Shown piece after piece: positions 11,742 through 22,585 of a DNA stretch of 64,000 nt. Each line of letters starts with the position of its first letter. Position 1 is the stretch's first letter. The notes beneath the pieces were generated by a model. It saw nothing but the letters and a program-made list of their open reading frames with translations, was not told the origin of the DNA and did not search any database. The position numbers were made by a program, and so were the translations under genes. Source of the stretch: Epithemia pelagica (Eukaryota > Protista > Bacillariophyta); contig OX337230.1 in assembly GCA_946965045.2 (NCBI GenBank), positions 4,030,001 through 4,094,000 on the forward strand. The letters are read 5' to 3'.

Positions 11742-12614
11742 CTACCTCAAAAGCTCCATGATACCACTCCTCGCATGCAGCAATATCCCACTTCCAAGAC
11801 TCGCGTGGTCCGAAACACAGCTATCCACCATCATTCGAGTAATTTCCTCTTCTCGAAGCTTTCGCTTTTTCCCAGCTCTAGATGCTTCTGTTTTGATCTC
11901 TTGCGCTGTCTTGGTTGTGCTTACAGACTCTGTATGGAGGGCAACTGCTTTGTTTCGGAAGATGTATGGTCCACCGCAAGACCCCGGAAAACCTCCATTT
12001 TGGTACGTGAGGGTTTTGGAACCAATCACTCCGACAGATGCTTCCTTTTGCATTACGTGACATGTATCAAACTCTAGATCGTCGAGAAACAATTGCAGAG
12101 GACAATGGTAAATGTGGATCTTTTCAAGAGTAGCAGGGGTAGGAATGTCCGACTTGGAAGTGGCTAGCGGAATGGCGAAGGGCAGTGCTGGAGCTCCGTC
12201 GTGAAGCTTTAAGGATGCCCAATCAACAGGAATATTGTATGTGTGCACAGTGACAAATCTTGTTGGCGATTCTGCTGAAATTTTTCCATCCGACAATCTT
12301 CTGACAATTGTTGTGATCTTCAGGTCCAGGACCACCGAGTCGGCCTTTTCATCTCTCGACTTGACCACGACGTTGTGACATGCTGTCAACAAGAGCTTAT
12401 CGGAAATTGCAAATGCTGTTCCGATCGGCTCGGCGTCCGTGTCTTCTCCCCGATACAGAATGAAGACTCCATCTGCGACGTTTATGTGCTGCTGCTGCTG
12501 TTGTTGCTGGTGGGCGACGGCCGCAGAGGGTAGAATGAGGATGTTGTGTGACAAAAAACAACGAGACACAGAAAATCCATCTAAAACTACCAAAAGATAC
12601 GCATACAAACTCAC
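11742..12614 (-). CDS. Trypsin/chymotrypsin-fold peptidase with Cys at the nucleophile position; probably exon 2 of a CR-like gene whose exon 1 has been displaced
   Basis: GTAFAIS...LLTACHN (His), VDWASLKL (Asp), GFPGSCGGP (GxCGGP; TGC codon at 11978-11976), then AVALHTES. The upstream sequence at 12814-12770 resembles the CR-family intron. Confidence 0.75.
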   Translation of the reverse strand: MSLYAYLLVVLDGFSVSRCFLSHNILILPSAAVAHQQQQQQQHINVADGVFILYRGEDTDAEPIGTAFAISDKLLLTACHNVVVKSRDEKADSVVLDLKITTIVRRLSDGKISAESPTRFVTVHTYNIPVDWASLKLHDGAPALPFAIPLATSKSDIPTPATLEKIHIYHCPLQLFLDDLEFDTCHVMQKEASVGVIGSKTLTYQNGGFPGSCGGPYIFRNKAVALHTESVSTTKTAQEIKTEASRAGKKRKLREEEITRMMVDSCVSDHASLGSGILLHARSGIMELLR

Positions 12615-12730
12615 CTGCTGGATTTAATGAAAGGATGTGCAAGAGTAATGAAAGATAAGGTCGGCAATCAAAGGAAAATTGATGGAAAAGACGGTTGGTT
12701 GTGACGCATGGAACAAATTATGAGTGAGTT

Positions 12731-13407
12731 TCAATGGCTTTTCAAATTGGGAACAAAGAAAACAAAACATAGTTGTTGCTGTGGCATTGTAGCTGAATAC
12801 CAGCCGGCCCAGATCGCCGCAGAAGATGAAATAACGTCATCTATCGGACGGTCGGAGATAGAGACAGGGTGTGCGGAGGGCAATGCTCTAGGTAATGGTG
12901 CCTGCACGACACGCCCCAGATCGTCGATTCCAGGAACGGGTGGGATATTTTGACACCAAGCTTCCAATATTTCCTCAGATTGGATGTTGATTTGATCGTG
13001 CTGACGCGCGGCGAAGCCAGAGGCGGAGTTATGATTGCTGGGTACCTTGGCATACACAACAAACTATCTAAGAAAAACAAATAATGTGTCATGACATTGA
13101 CATACGGACCATCTCTTCTCCATACCAGCTCGTCCAGATAATTGATGAAATAGACAAAGAGATTCGAATCTCAAAATCGAATACAGATACACAAATAGAA
13201 ATTCAAACTTACTGGTGCGATTGCCGCCTGGATAGGTGGACCCTTCCTGTATGTGCCGCCGGGCACGAGGGATGCAAAGCCGCCTATTTCTATGCCATTG
13301 GTATCTTCAAGGCACTCCACGCCCTTTCGATTTATGTAGCCGTTGTATTCTTGCTGATTGGAGAGTAGTAAAGGTTTGCCATCAACAGTGATTTGCTTGC
13401 CCTCCAT
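12731..13407 (-). pseudogene. Chimeric truncated duplicate of the CR REase-kinase gene
   Basis: Exon 1 (13407-13213) and the intron are copies of 8249-7906. Exon 2 follows the kinase gene only to DDVISSSAA (12815), then switches to unrelated intron-like sequence and stops. Confidence 0.85.
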
Positions 13408-14794
13408 GGTGTTGTTCCAATCTTTCTGTGGTACTCCCAATTACCTTTTCACCAAAAACCTATTCATTTCGCCGACTCACGAGGGAGTGTGAGGTTTCCT
13501 ATCTCCTATCACCGAACTGCTGACGTTCCCTACTCTTCCTTCATATTCCCCTACAATACGACTCATTCTACATCTCTCGGTTTCAGTTGTACTGTTTTCA
13601 TTTTTTTGACGTCACTGTAGAGATTAAAGTATTCCCATGTTCGTCTGAGTTCAGTAAGGGCTGGGTAAGCCGATCCATGTTCGGCTAAGTAGGCTCAGTA
13701 CAAAAGCTACGTAGAGTACATAAAATCAGATAGTACACGTCACGCCGGAAATGGTCGGAATTTCAAAAAAATGCAAAAACGCTCGACAATGATGGCGAGA
13801 TCCGGTGACGCCGTATGCATTCACCCATGCATCGCATAAACATCCAACCACCGTTAGTCCTTTGCCTTTACCTTTTAAATTGTTGTCTGAAATAACAGAA
13901 GATTTGCCAAGTTGGCTGAAAAGGTACGCTCATTTTTCTGCTGCGATGAAATCGAACGACCGCCCTAACTCATTCATTTTTCAAGGGTGCCTGAATCAAA
14001 GTGAAAGCGAAGTTGCTCTAGTAGTAAAGATTCTTATTGTAAAAGTGATTCAGGCAGGCTCAATTGTTCAGGAAGTTATTGCCATGGGGGTGATGACTTC
14101 CATCATTGTCGAGCGATGGCTTCCAATTTGCATTGTTTCTCGTGGCAGCACGTTTTCAATTTGCGACTCGATGTGACCATCCGCCCCACTTCGTACACAG
14201 ACGAAAATAGTACTACGTAGCTTTTGTACTGAGCCTACTTAGCCGAACATGGATCGGCTTACCCAGCCCTTATGAACGGGACGGGTGGGCCGTAAGGGGG
14301 TATGTTATCGGGCGCGCGGAGCATGGGCGGAGCATGGATATGGGGGGAGCAATGCATGCTCCACGATGCATGCTCCGCGCGTCTATATTATCGGTGGGCG
14401 GATGCAGAGATGCGGAGCATGCGCGGCGCGCGCGCTCAAAATCCTCGACCGTCACGGAAACGCGTATGGGTCGCCTTAAGTATGGAATCGAGCAACTTTG
14501 GGAAGACGATGGCAAGCAAAGGGGTGGTTTCCGGACACAATAATCATTCCCTTTATAGACTACTTATCATTTAGAGTATCCATTGGATATTTCACCTGTT
14601 GTTCTGTTGGCCCTACGAGCTCATGTGGGAAAGACACGTCAATTTCCATGCTCTATGGAAACACAACCTCCACCATGAGGATGGAAAAGACTCCTAAAGA
14701 GCAAGGCAGCAACAGTTGGCCGACTATATGTACTTGTCTACAATACTAGTGCCTAGATAGACTCTGTCATCGCTTTTGTCCATGACAAATCCAT
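12815..14794. repeat. Segmental duplication copy B (partner 7657-9022), interrupted by a MITE
   Basis: Direct alignment with copy A. The MITE empty site ttcagTAtgaacgg is visible at ~8494-8507. Confidence 0.95.
13657..14270. mobile_element. 614-bp MITE with perfect 58-bp TIRs and TA target-site duplication
   Basis: TIR AGGGCTGGGTAAGCCGATCCATGTTCGGCTAAGTAGGCTCAGTACAAAAGCTACGTAG at both ends, TA at 13655-56 and 14271-72, and the empty site in the duplicate copy has a single TA. Confidence 0.95.
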
Positions 14795-14991
14795 CATCGG
14801 AAGACTTCGACTGTTCGACGCATTGAGTGTGTGGTGTGTGGGCGCGTGATTTTGCTTCCAACCATGCTCCACCCGCACTCTTCCTCCGCATGTAAATTTT
14901 TTGGAGGAAAGCTCTATATCCGGGTTGGTTTGGCCTTTCTCCGCCCATATCATGCTCCGCACATGCTCCGCGCGCCCGATAATATACCCCC
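14296..14991. mobile_element. 696-bp PIF/Harbinger-like MITE
   Basis: TIR GGGGGTAT(G/A)TTATCGGGCGCGCGGAGCATG (30 bp, 1 mismatch, extending imperfectly) and TAA on both sides (14293-95, 14992-94). Confidence 0.9.
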
Positions 14992-15866
14992 TAAGGCTTG
15001 GGGTCTGGGGTGGGAATTTCCAGAAAGACCAGCTGTAAGGCCGTTCCTTACGCCAAACCAAACCAAACCTGAATCCTCAAATTTCACCATCATGACGCCA
15101 TATATCCGGGTATTTTGGCTTTTCAGGTTTGGTTCAGATTATTTTGATCCAAACCTGATATCAGGTTTGGTTCAGATTGGCGCGTTTACCAAACCTGAAA
15201 CACACTAGGGATAAAGTTTTCGTTATACTAATGTACACCTTTCATACAGTTTCGAATTCGACTTGGCATGCGTGCGTTGAACTCCAACGGTCACACGTCC
15301 CCCTATCTCTAATGAAATGAGACGACATGTGTACGATGGAATTCTTTTAGTATTCAATTTAATGAAGTCAAATGGGGGAAGTTGGGGGACGAGGCGCGGT
15401 CTCTGACTTTGGTTTGGTTGAGTGTAAGGACCAGGGTCTGGAATTCAAAAAGTGGGACTTTAATGACTTTAGGGAATGTAACTTAAATTTAGCTTGAATT
15501 AAGCCATTCAATTGAAATCCTCCTCCTTTACTTTCATTGAATTTCACAATCCACTCAACTCAATACCGATTTTTTCTTGGATTCACTATTCTGATTCAAG
15601 TCTCATCATCTCAGACGGGGAATGTCAATTCCCTGATTCAATTCCCAATTCACTAAAATAGACACTTCCCAATTCCATTCAATTCACTTCTTTATCAGAC
15701 GATATCAATTCCCAATCCAATCCAATTCCTTCTTACTCACTATAAGAATTTGAGAATCCAATCAATTTTCTCCTACGCACAGATGGAATTACCATTCTCC
15801 CCCCAATGTGTCATGTGAATTACGTTTCTATACAATATCACACAGTGACCCTACCTTCAACCGCCT

Positions 15867-16368
15867 AGTCGCAGTTTATGTTTTTAGCACCAGTCGCGTT
15901 TCCAAATTTGTATTTGTGTTTTGAAATATTGAATTTGCACGACTGGCAGTTTGTGTTGCATGACCCAATGATATAAGCCTACATGTCGGAATCCGCGCAT
16001 GCATAACGCGCAGGATGGGCTTTGGCGCCACAGAACGCCGGGCCACTCGCCGTTTGTGTCTACGACACTCATGTTTTGCTAACTAACCTATGACACAACA
16101 AACAACAAATGAGATAACTATCGTCCATTTGAATCAAGCTGTGCGTTGCAAGATAGCAGATCAATTCCTGGAAACCAAAGCGAGGAATCAAAATGAGGAA
16201 CTCAAGATCACTTTGTTTACTCTATAGCTTTAATCATAATATCGATACAGGAGTTTTTGCAACGCAAAAGACTTCTAGGTTGGTGTGGAGACTTGATCAA
16301 TCTCCACCCCGACTACGCGGTATTCCCCTAGCTATTAGTATACCCAGTGTATGCTAGTGACTTTGACA
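15867..16368 (+). repeat. Copia-1 5' LTR
   Basis: Identical by eye to 32905-33406; termini AG...CA. Confidence 0.95.
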
Positions 16369-16600
16369 GGTTATTATGCCCAAATTACAGCCTAACCCGC
16401 TACCGTTTCCTCTGTTCTAGCCCAACGACCATCATCGTCGGACTACCCCTTCTCGAGATTTTTGACAGGCCAACAAGCTGTCTACCCCAAGCGACGCTTC
16501 GCCATCGACTCTAGGGAGCCACTTCTCCTTTGAGCCAATTGAAGAAGAAATCGTCTTCAACAGTTCCAGTTCTCACGGAAACGCCTCGGACACCTCCAGC

Positions 16601-19600
16601 ATGGCAAGTTCTGAAACTACACCCAAGCCCACTTTCAAGCCACCCAAGCCCACAATGGGCGATCTTGTTCAACTCGACGAGTACAAGTGGGCGGCTTGGA
16701 CCGGCGGAAAGCCTCTCCCCACCTGGAAAGGACTCGACCCAACCGCCAAAACCTACCCTGCAACTCCTCACCAACGACGATTCGGCAAAGACATCACCGG
16801 ATTCGAGACTCGCTGCAGTGGATTGTCAATTCGTTACAAAAAGGGAGACAACCTCCACGAATTTATGAAGCGTCTCAACGACATCTTCGTACTCCGAGGT
16901 CTCGACACCATCTGCTACCTCGCCGATCCAGCCAACCCAAAAGAGATGCAACACATTGTCAATGAGCACACTCGCTTTAACCTCAAGCTTGTGCAGAAGG
17001 CAGCCCCTGTGCACTGCGCCAACTTCGACCCATATGATTCAGAGAACGACACCGCTGCACGCATGTGTCTCCTCGACTCTGTCGAACTGAAGATTCGCAA
17101 GATGTTAGAAACAAAGACGAACACAACGGACTCCTTTCTCGTTACCTGGATGACTTTTATTAACCTTCTCCAATCCGACTCGGTTCAGAAATACGATGCT
17201 CTATCCGCCAAGATCGCAAGCCGAACCCCATTCATGTATCCAGGGCAGAACATCTCTGAAATGGCTGCACACATGAAGGCAGATTGTGAGGATCTGTTTG
17301 CATCAGGATTTTACAAACAAACACTTACCTTGTCCGTTCTCCAAGCCTTTGCACTCGCAAATGGAGATCCTCTGTACAACCTTGGATTGTTGAATCTGTA
17401 CCCACAAGTTCAGCAACGAATTCTCGAGATTCGATACATGACGGAACAAGACCAACAAGATACTCTTGATAAAGAAGGACTCTCTTTTGCCCACATCTGT
17501 GACAAAGCCAAAGCTCTGTACATGGATGCCATGAACCTCAAGAAATGGCCAGCTTCCACCCACAACAAAGACTCCAAGACACCTCCTGCAGCCTTTGCCA
17601 ACCTCTCGGAAGTACAAGCCATGGCCCTTCGTCAACACATGGGAGACACCCCTTGTCGAAAGGAGCATGTCTAATTTGTGGCAGTTTCGACCACTGGGCG
17701 AAAGATTGTCCCCACAAAAGTTCCAAGCAAGCTTTTGGACCACGCGCACACTCGCGCGGTGGCAGTCGCGGATCTCTCAACCAGAAACCCAAGGGAAACT
17801 CCAATCGCACCTCCAGAAGCAACAACAAGACAACCACCAAATCAAACTCGGGATCCTCCGTCAACTGGAAGTACCAAGCACCCTCCCAAGGACAGTCCGA
17901 AACGAAGACAGTCGAAGGGAAAACTTGGTACTGGTGCGCCCACTGCGGCCGATGGACCGGCACCCACTCCACGGCACAGCACTCGGATGACTACAAGGGG
18001 CACTCCAAGTCCAACAAGAAAACATCCAACCCTGGCGGAATCACAGCCCCTCAGGCAAACATGATCTCCCTAGATCTTGATGCTGGCGCCTGGGCAGCAC
18101 GATTTCCCGTCCGAAACCTCCTCTCAGTCGAAGACTTTGACTCTGTCGCTCCTGATCAAACCCAAGACGACATCGACAGCATGCCATCCATCCCTGACTC
18201 GTTCTGGGACACGTTCTCCGCATCGGGCCCCAAAGATGATGATGATAATGTGTCGATTGTTGTTTCAGAGGGAGAAGAACGTCGAGACACCACACAAAAC
18301 GAGTCTCTCCTCAACAACACCGTTGAAACCACCGACATGTTGTTGGATACGAGACCGGTTGATTGTTGCGACGACGCCAAATCCAACGATGCAAGCGATG
18401 AAAGCTCTGCAACCACAGAACTGCCTCCACTGATTCCACGCTTTCAAGACGACGAAGAAGAGGATCCAGACTTGGCCTCTCTGTTCAGGAACGTCGATTC
18501 CGACCAAACCGACGAATCGGTCGAACTCCCACCTCTCGTTCCACGACCAATCACACCCTATGGCCTTCATCAAGCTCCGGCAACATTTCGTCCCCTCACA
18601 TTCATTGACCCCGACGACCTCTCAATCGCAGAATCATCGGACGAAGAAGAAGACAACGATCCAAACGCCCCAAACCGAGATTTGATGGCTCTTCCACCCA
18701 ACATCCGACAAGCCTTCATCCAAGCTGCAACGGATGAACTACGCCGCGTCATGAACCTGCACCGCATTGTTCATCCACCAGAAGACTCCGACGACGAAGC
18801 TACCGAGACAGGTGACACCGCAAGCACCACCGACAACGATGCAGCCGACGGAGAAAATGACCAAGACGATGAAGAAGATGACGAAGAGGAAGAAGATGAA
18901 GACACCGACGACGACGACCCAAATGGAGACGCCGACGACGAAGCAGATGACAACGATCACGATGATGACAACAACGACGGAGCCTGCCCACCTACGATGG
19001 CAAACGAAACAAACAACGAGAGTGAGACAGATGAAGAACAAGATCCAGCACCCGAACCACCGGACATCGACTTTACCGTAGATCTAAATAAACTGAATCT
19101 CACTGCCAAAGTGGCAACCATCAACTCACCTTGGAAAGAGTACAACAACTCAAATGTCGGCGAAACTGAACGAACCGACGACACCTGGTATGACTTCTAT
19201 GAAGCAACATTCACATTTGACAAGAATGCAGATCCACAGAACACTGACATCCACACGAAAATTCCGTCAGACTGTCCAGTGAAACACGAACAAGACCAAA
19301 AGGAACCGCCCAACTTCCATGAACAAGACCAAGCAACACCTGATAGGAAGATGCCGGCGATTCAAGACGATGAAGTATCCTCCATTGAGTGGGAAACGCC
19401 TCCCAGTACTAACAGTGCACTCTCGCCCAACAGCCTAGATCTGTCGTCCATCACCCCAACACGACTCTTCCACGCGCCGGGCGAGCCCTCAGCCCCCAAG
19501 AAACGTCCCTCCTCTCCCATTATTCCCTTTGCAACTCGTCAAAGGCAAATGATGGGAGAAGACGACCCAGCCATCCGTCAAGACCACATTGAGAGCCTAG

Positions 19601-19995
19601 TGGAGCACTTTATCCACACACACACGGCCTATCACAAAGAAGAAAATCCACGTTTGAAGAAGACTTTAGAACAACAACTACCTTCTCTCCAACAGAAACT
19701 GAAGGAAGCACTAACCGCTCTCCAACTAGACGAGCAAGTACATCACAGCCGTCTCAGCATGGAAACACCAAGTCTGAGCAGTACCCTGCACACGGCATGG
19801 GAGTTGGCCACCATCTCCGACTATGGTGCCATCATCATCAAGCAGAACAAACAAGGACTCCCTGGTCATGCCATGGATATCACCATCAATCCAAATGACA
19901 TCACCCCGGACTCCCACGACGAACATCTGACTAACCTGCCCAGCAAACAAGCCGCCCATGTCGTGACCACCAAGTTTACGACAAAACCGAAATGA
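16601..19995 (+). pseudogene. gag: Copia-1 gag region: capsid part, frameshift, zinc knuckles, long acidic low-complexity extension
   Basis: ORF 16601-17674 (WTGGKP motif) shifts by -1 near 17650 into the frame with CLICGSFDHWAKDC (CCHC) and WYWCAHCGRWTGTH. A D/E-rich tract follows, ending at a single in-frame TGA (19993-95). Confidence 0.8.
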
Positions 19996-21802
19996 AAGAA
20001 AAAGAAACCACTTCGTCTGAACCTTCCTTCTAATCCCAATCGTCATCAATTCTTTCCACCACTGACTTCTACAAGAACACTGATGATAACCGTGAAGCAA
20101 GGCGCTCTCACCGGTTTGCTCGGCACTGGTTTGCTGTATATTGGTCCACATCTGGCTCCCAGAAGGGCACTCCCATACCTCCTTTCCTGTTTTGGAGGCG
20201 CTACAGCTGCTTTGCAGATTGTTCACTCTTTGTCGCGTTCCCTCCACTCACCCGTGGACTGTCTCACCCACCGGTTGATTGTTACTTGTCTTCCACCAAA
20301 CTCTGGCATGTCTTTGGTCCGCTCTGTTGGACGATGGCTGCGATCAGCACTCGGTCTCTGTACCACATCAGAGGGAGAATACCAACCAACCCATGCCATT
20401 GCTGTGGCACCAAAACCTCGCTCCCACCACGACCGACACCGATCTCACCCAAAGTCCAAACCACGGAAACCAAAACATCGACAAAACCGTAAGAAACACA
20501 AACGAGACAGGACAAACAAGACAACGATTAGGCCACTGCAAGGACCACAGCCACTTCCATCACTCATGAGCACCACCACCATACAGGCACATGCTTACAC
20601 CATGAGCCAAAATCTGGCGCTCCAAGCTGCAATCAATCACCCACGAAAATTTCAGTCAGAAATGGAAGATAAACAAGCTTTTCTCCTCATTTGGGATTCA
20701 GGCGCAAGTGTCTCCATCACGAACGACAAGAGCGATTTCATTCCAAACAAAGTGAGGGACGTACCTCCTGACTATCAGGTCCAAGGTTTGGCCGAAGGAG
20801 CACAAGTCGAAAGCCAAGGAGTCGTGGAATGGTACATCAAAGACGTCCATGGACGGCTAAGATGCATCGAACTCCTTGCTCTGTACATACCCGCAGCTGG
20901 CTGTCGCCTTCTCAGTACAAGCAGCCTCTTACAACGATACCAAGGGGAAACCATAAAAATCGAACCACAAGGACTCAAACTCAGCGGTGTGAGAAACGAC
21001 CCTGCTCGAGGACCAATAAAAGTCGAAATCGAAGCCGAAAGCAACTTACCGAAAAGCATCTGCTACCACCGACTAGGAGTGAACCGTTCAGTCTCTGCAT
21101 TCGTTGCCACTGTCACCACAGTCGACGAACGAAACATAAACCTCTCAGCACCACAAAAGGTCTGGAGCCAATGGCACATCCGGTTTGGACATGCACCCTT
21201 CCGCGTCGTCCAGTTTGTTCTCCGCTCTGGTGTATTGTCGAATGATGAGACGTCGCGACGACTCCACACTGCCGTCTGCAAACTGACAACTCCTCCGTTG
21301 TGTGCCGCTTGTCTTTATGGAAAACAAAAGACCAGGCACTCCCCAGGACAGAAAACCGTCAAAATACAAGACAAAGAAGGAGCCCTGAAAAAGAACCACC
21401 TTTTTCCCGGTCAACAAGTTTCAGCAGACCACTTCATCTGCTCGACAAAAGGACGCCTCTACACATCAAAAGGCAAAACCAAAGAAGAAGCAATGCTTAG
21501 CGGTGGATGCATTTTCGTAGACCACGCAAGTGGATACATCGACGTATCCATGCAAACTCACCTTAACACCCACCAAACACTAAAAGCAAAAACAGAATAC
21601 GAACAACGATGTCAGAACCAAGGAGTGATCATTCAACAATATCACACAGACAATGGCACCGCCTTCACCTCGAAGAAATACACCGAACACCTGCAAGCCT
21701 TTCAGCAAGTAACAAGCTTTGCCGGTGTAGGCGCACACCACCACAATGGCGTGGCAGAGCGCAGCATCCAAACCATCATGTCCATGGCAAGGACCATGAT
21801 GT
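19996..21802 (+). pseudogene. pol: Copia-1 pol, 5' part (protease and integrase N-terminal/core)
   Basis: Same frame as the upstream ORF. LIWDSGAS protease, WHIRFGH...CAAC (HHCC), VSADHF, YHTDNG, HHNGVAER. Broken at TMM|LHA by copia-2. Confidence 0.9.
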
Positions 21803-22585
21803 TGTTACAATTCTTTCTGAATCGTAGGGACATTGATGCTCGGTAGAGCAGACAATCAGGTAGGTCACCAACCGATACAAGCTTCTCAGGGTCAGAGAAG
21901 CAAGCAAGTCGAAGTCTATCAGAAGGATAGTCGGGACACAAAAGAGGATGTGATAAATGGTGATATTGTTAGATTGTGTGTTGATTACTACGATAGGTCT
22001 ACGTGAAATGTTCGGTCCTGCCAAGGGTCATGTATCATAGGTTCTTGGCGGCAACAGGTTTGGAATAGTTGGAGTTGATTCATGTGATGTATATGACATG
22101 TATATGTGGGCGGATAACATATACAGGGTCAACAGCTCTTGCTTTGGGTTGGCATAGTTGTTTTCATGGCGCGCAGCTTGTTGACAATTTGGAGATTGTG
22201 GGAATGGAAATATGGTCTCGCGTGATCGTGTGTCGTGCTTGGGATACTTAGACCGTTGGATCGGATAGATGCCGATAGCGCTCGGATGTCGCTTGGGCGC
22301 GCTCGATGATTTCGGGCGCGTACGCTTAGGGCGTTAGTACAGTGTCCGAGCAACGGCCAAATTTACGTCCGTTGTAATACCGCACGACCCAATTTAGTCT
22401 TGAGAGTGAGTTCGTCAATCTATTCTCACTTTTCATGATTTGCGAAGAAATATAGGTCGATATAGCGCGAAGCTAGGAAACATAGCTCGAAGCTAGAGGG
22501 CATGATGCGATAGCACGAGGCTATGTGACATGGGGAATCGATGAGATGTAGAATCTAACCACCATAGACGGTGAGAATTCTAACA
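21803..22585 (-). repeat. Copia-2 3' LTR
   Basis: Identical by eye to 29404-30186. Confidence 0.96.

Noticed and set aside
13805-14176. 123-aa ORF inside the 614-bp MITE
   Set aside because: No transposase or other motif; too short for an autonomous element.
17630-17680. Programmed -1 frameshift in copia-1 gag
   Set aside because: No slippery heptamer, and a shift before the zinc knuckle is not the usual position; a 1-bp loss or read error is simpler.
21803-22585. Small ORFs repeated in both LTR pairs
   Set aside because: Duplicated only because the LTRs are duplicated; no coding signal.
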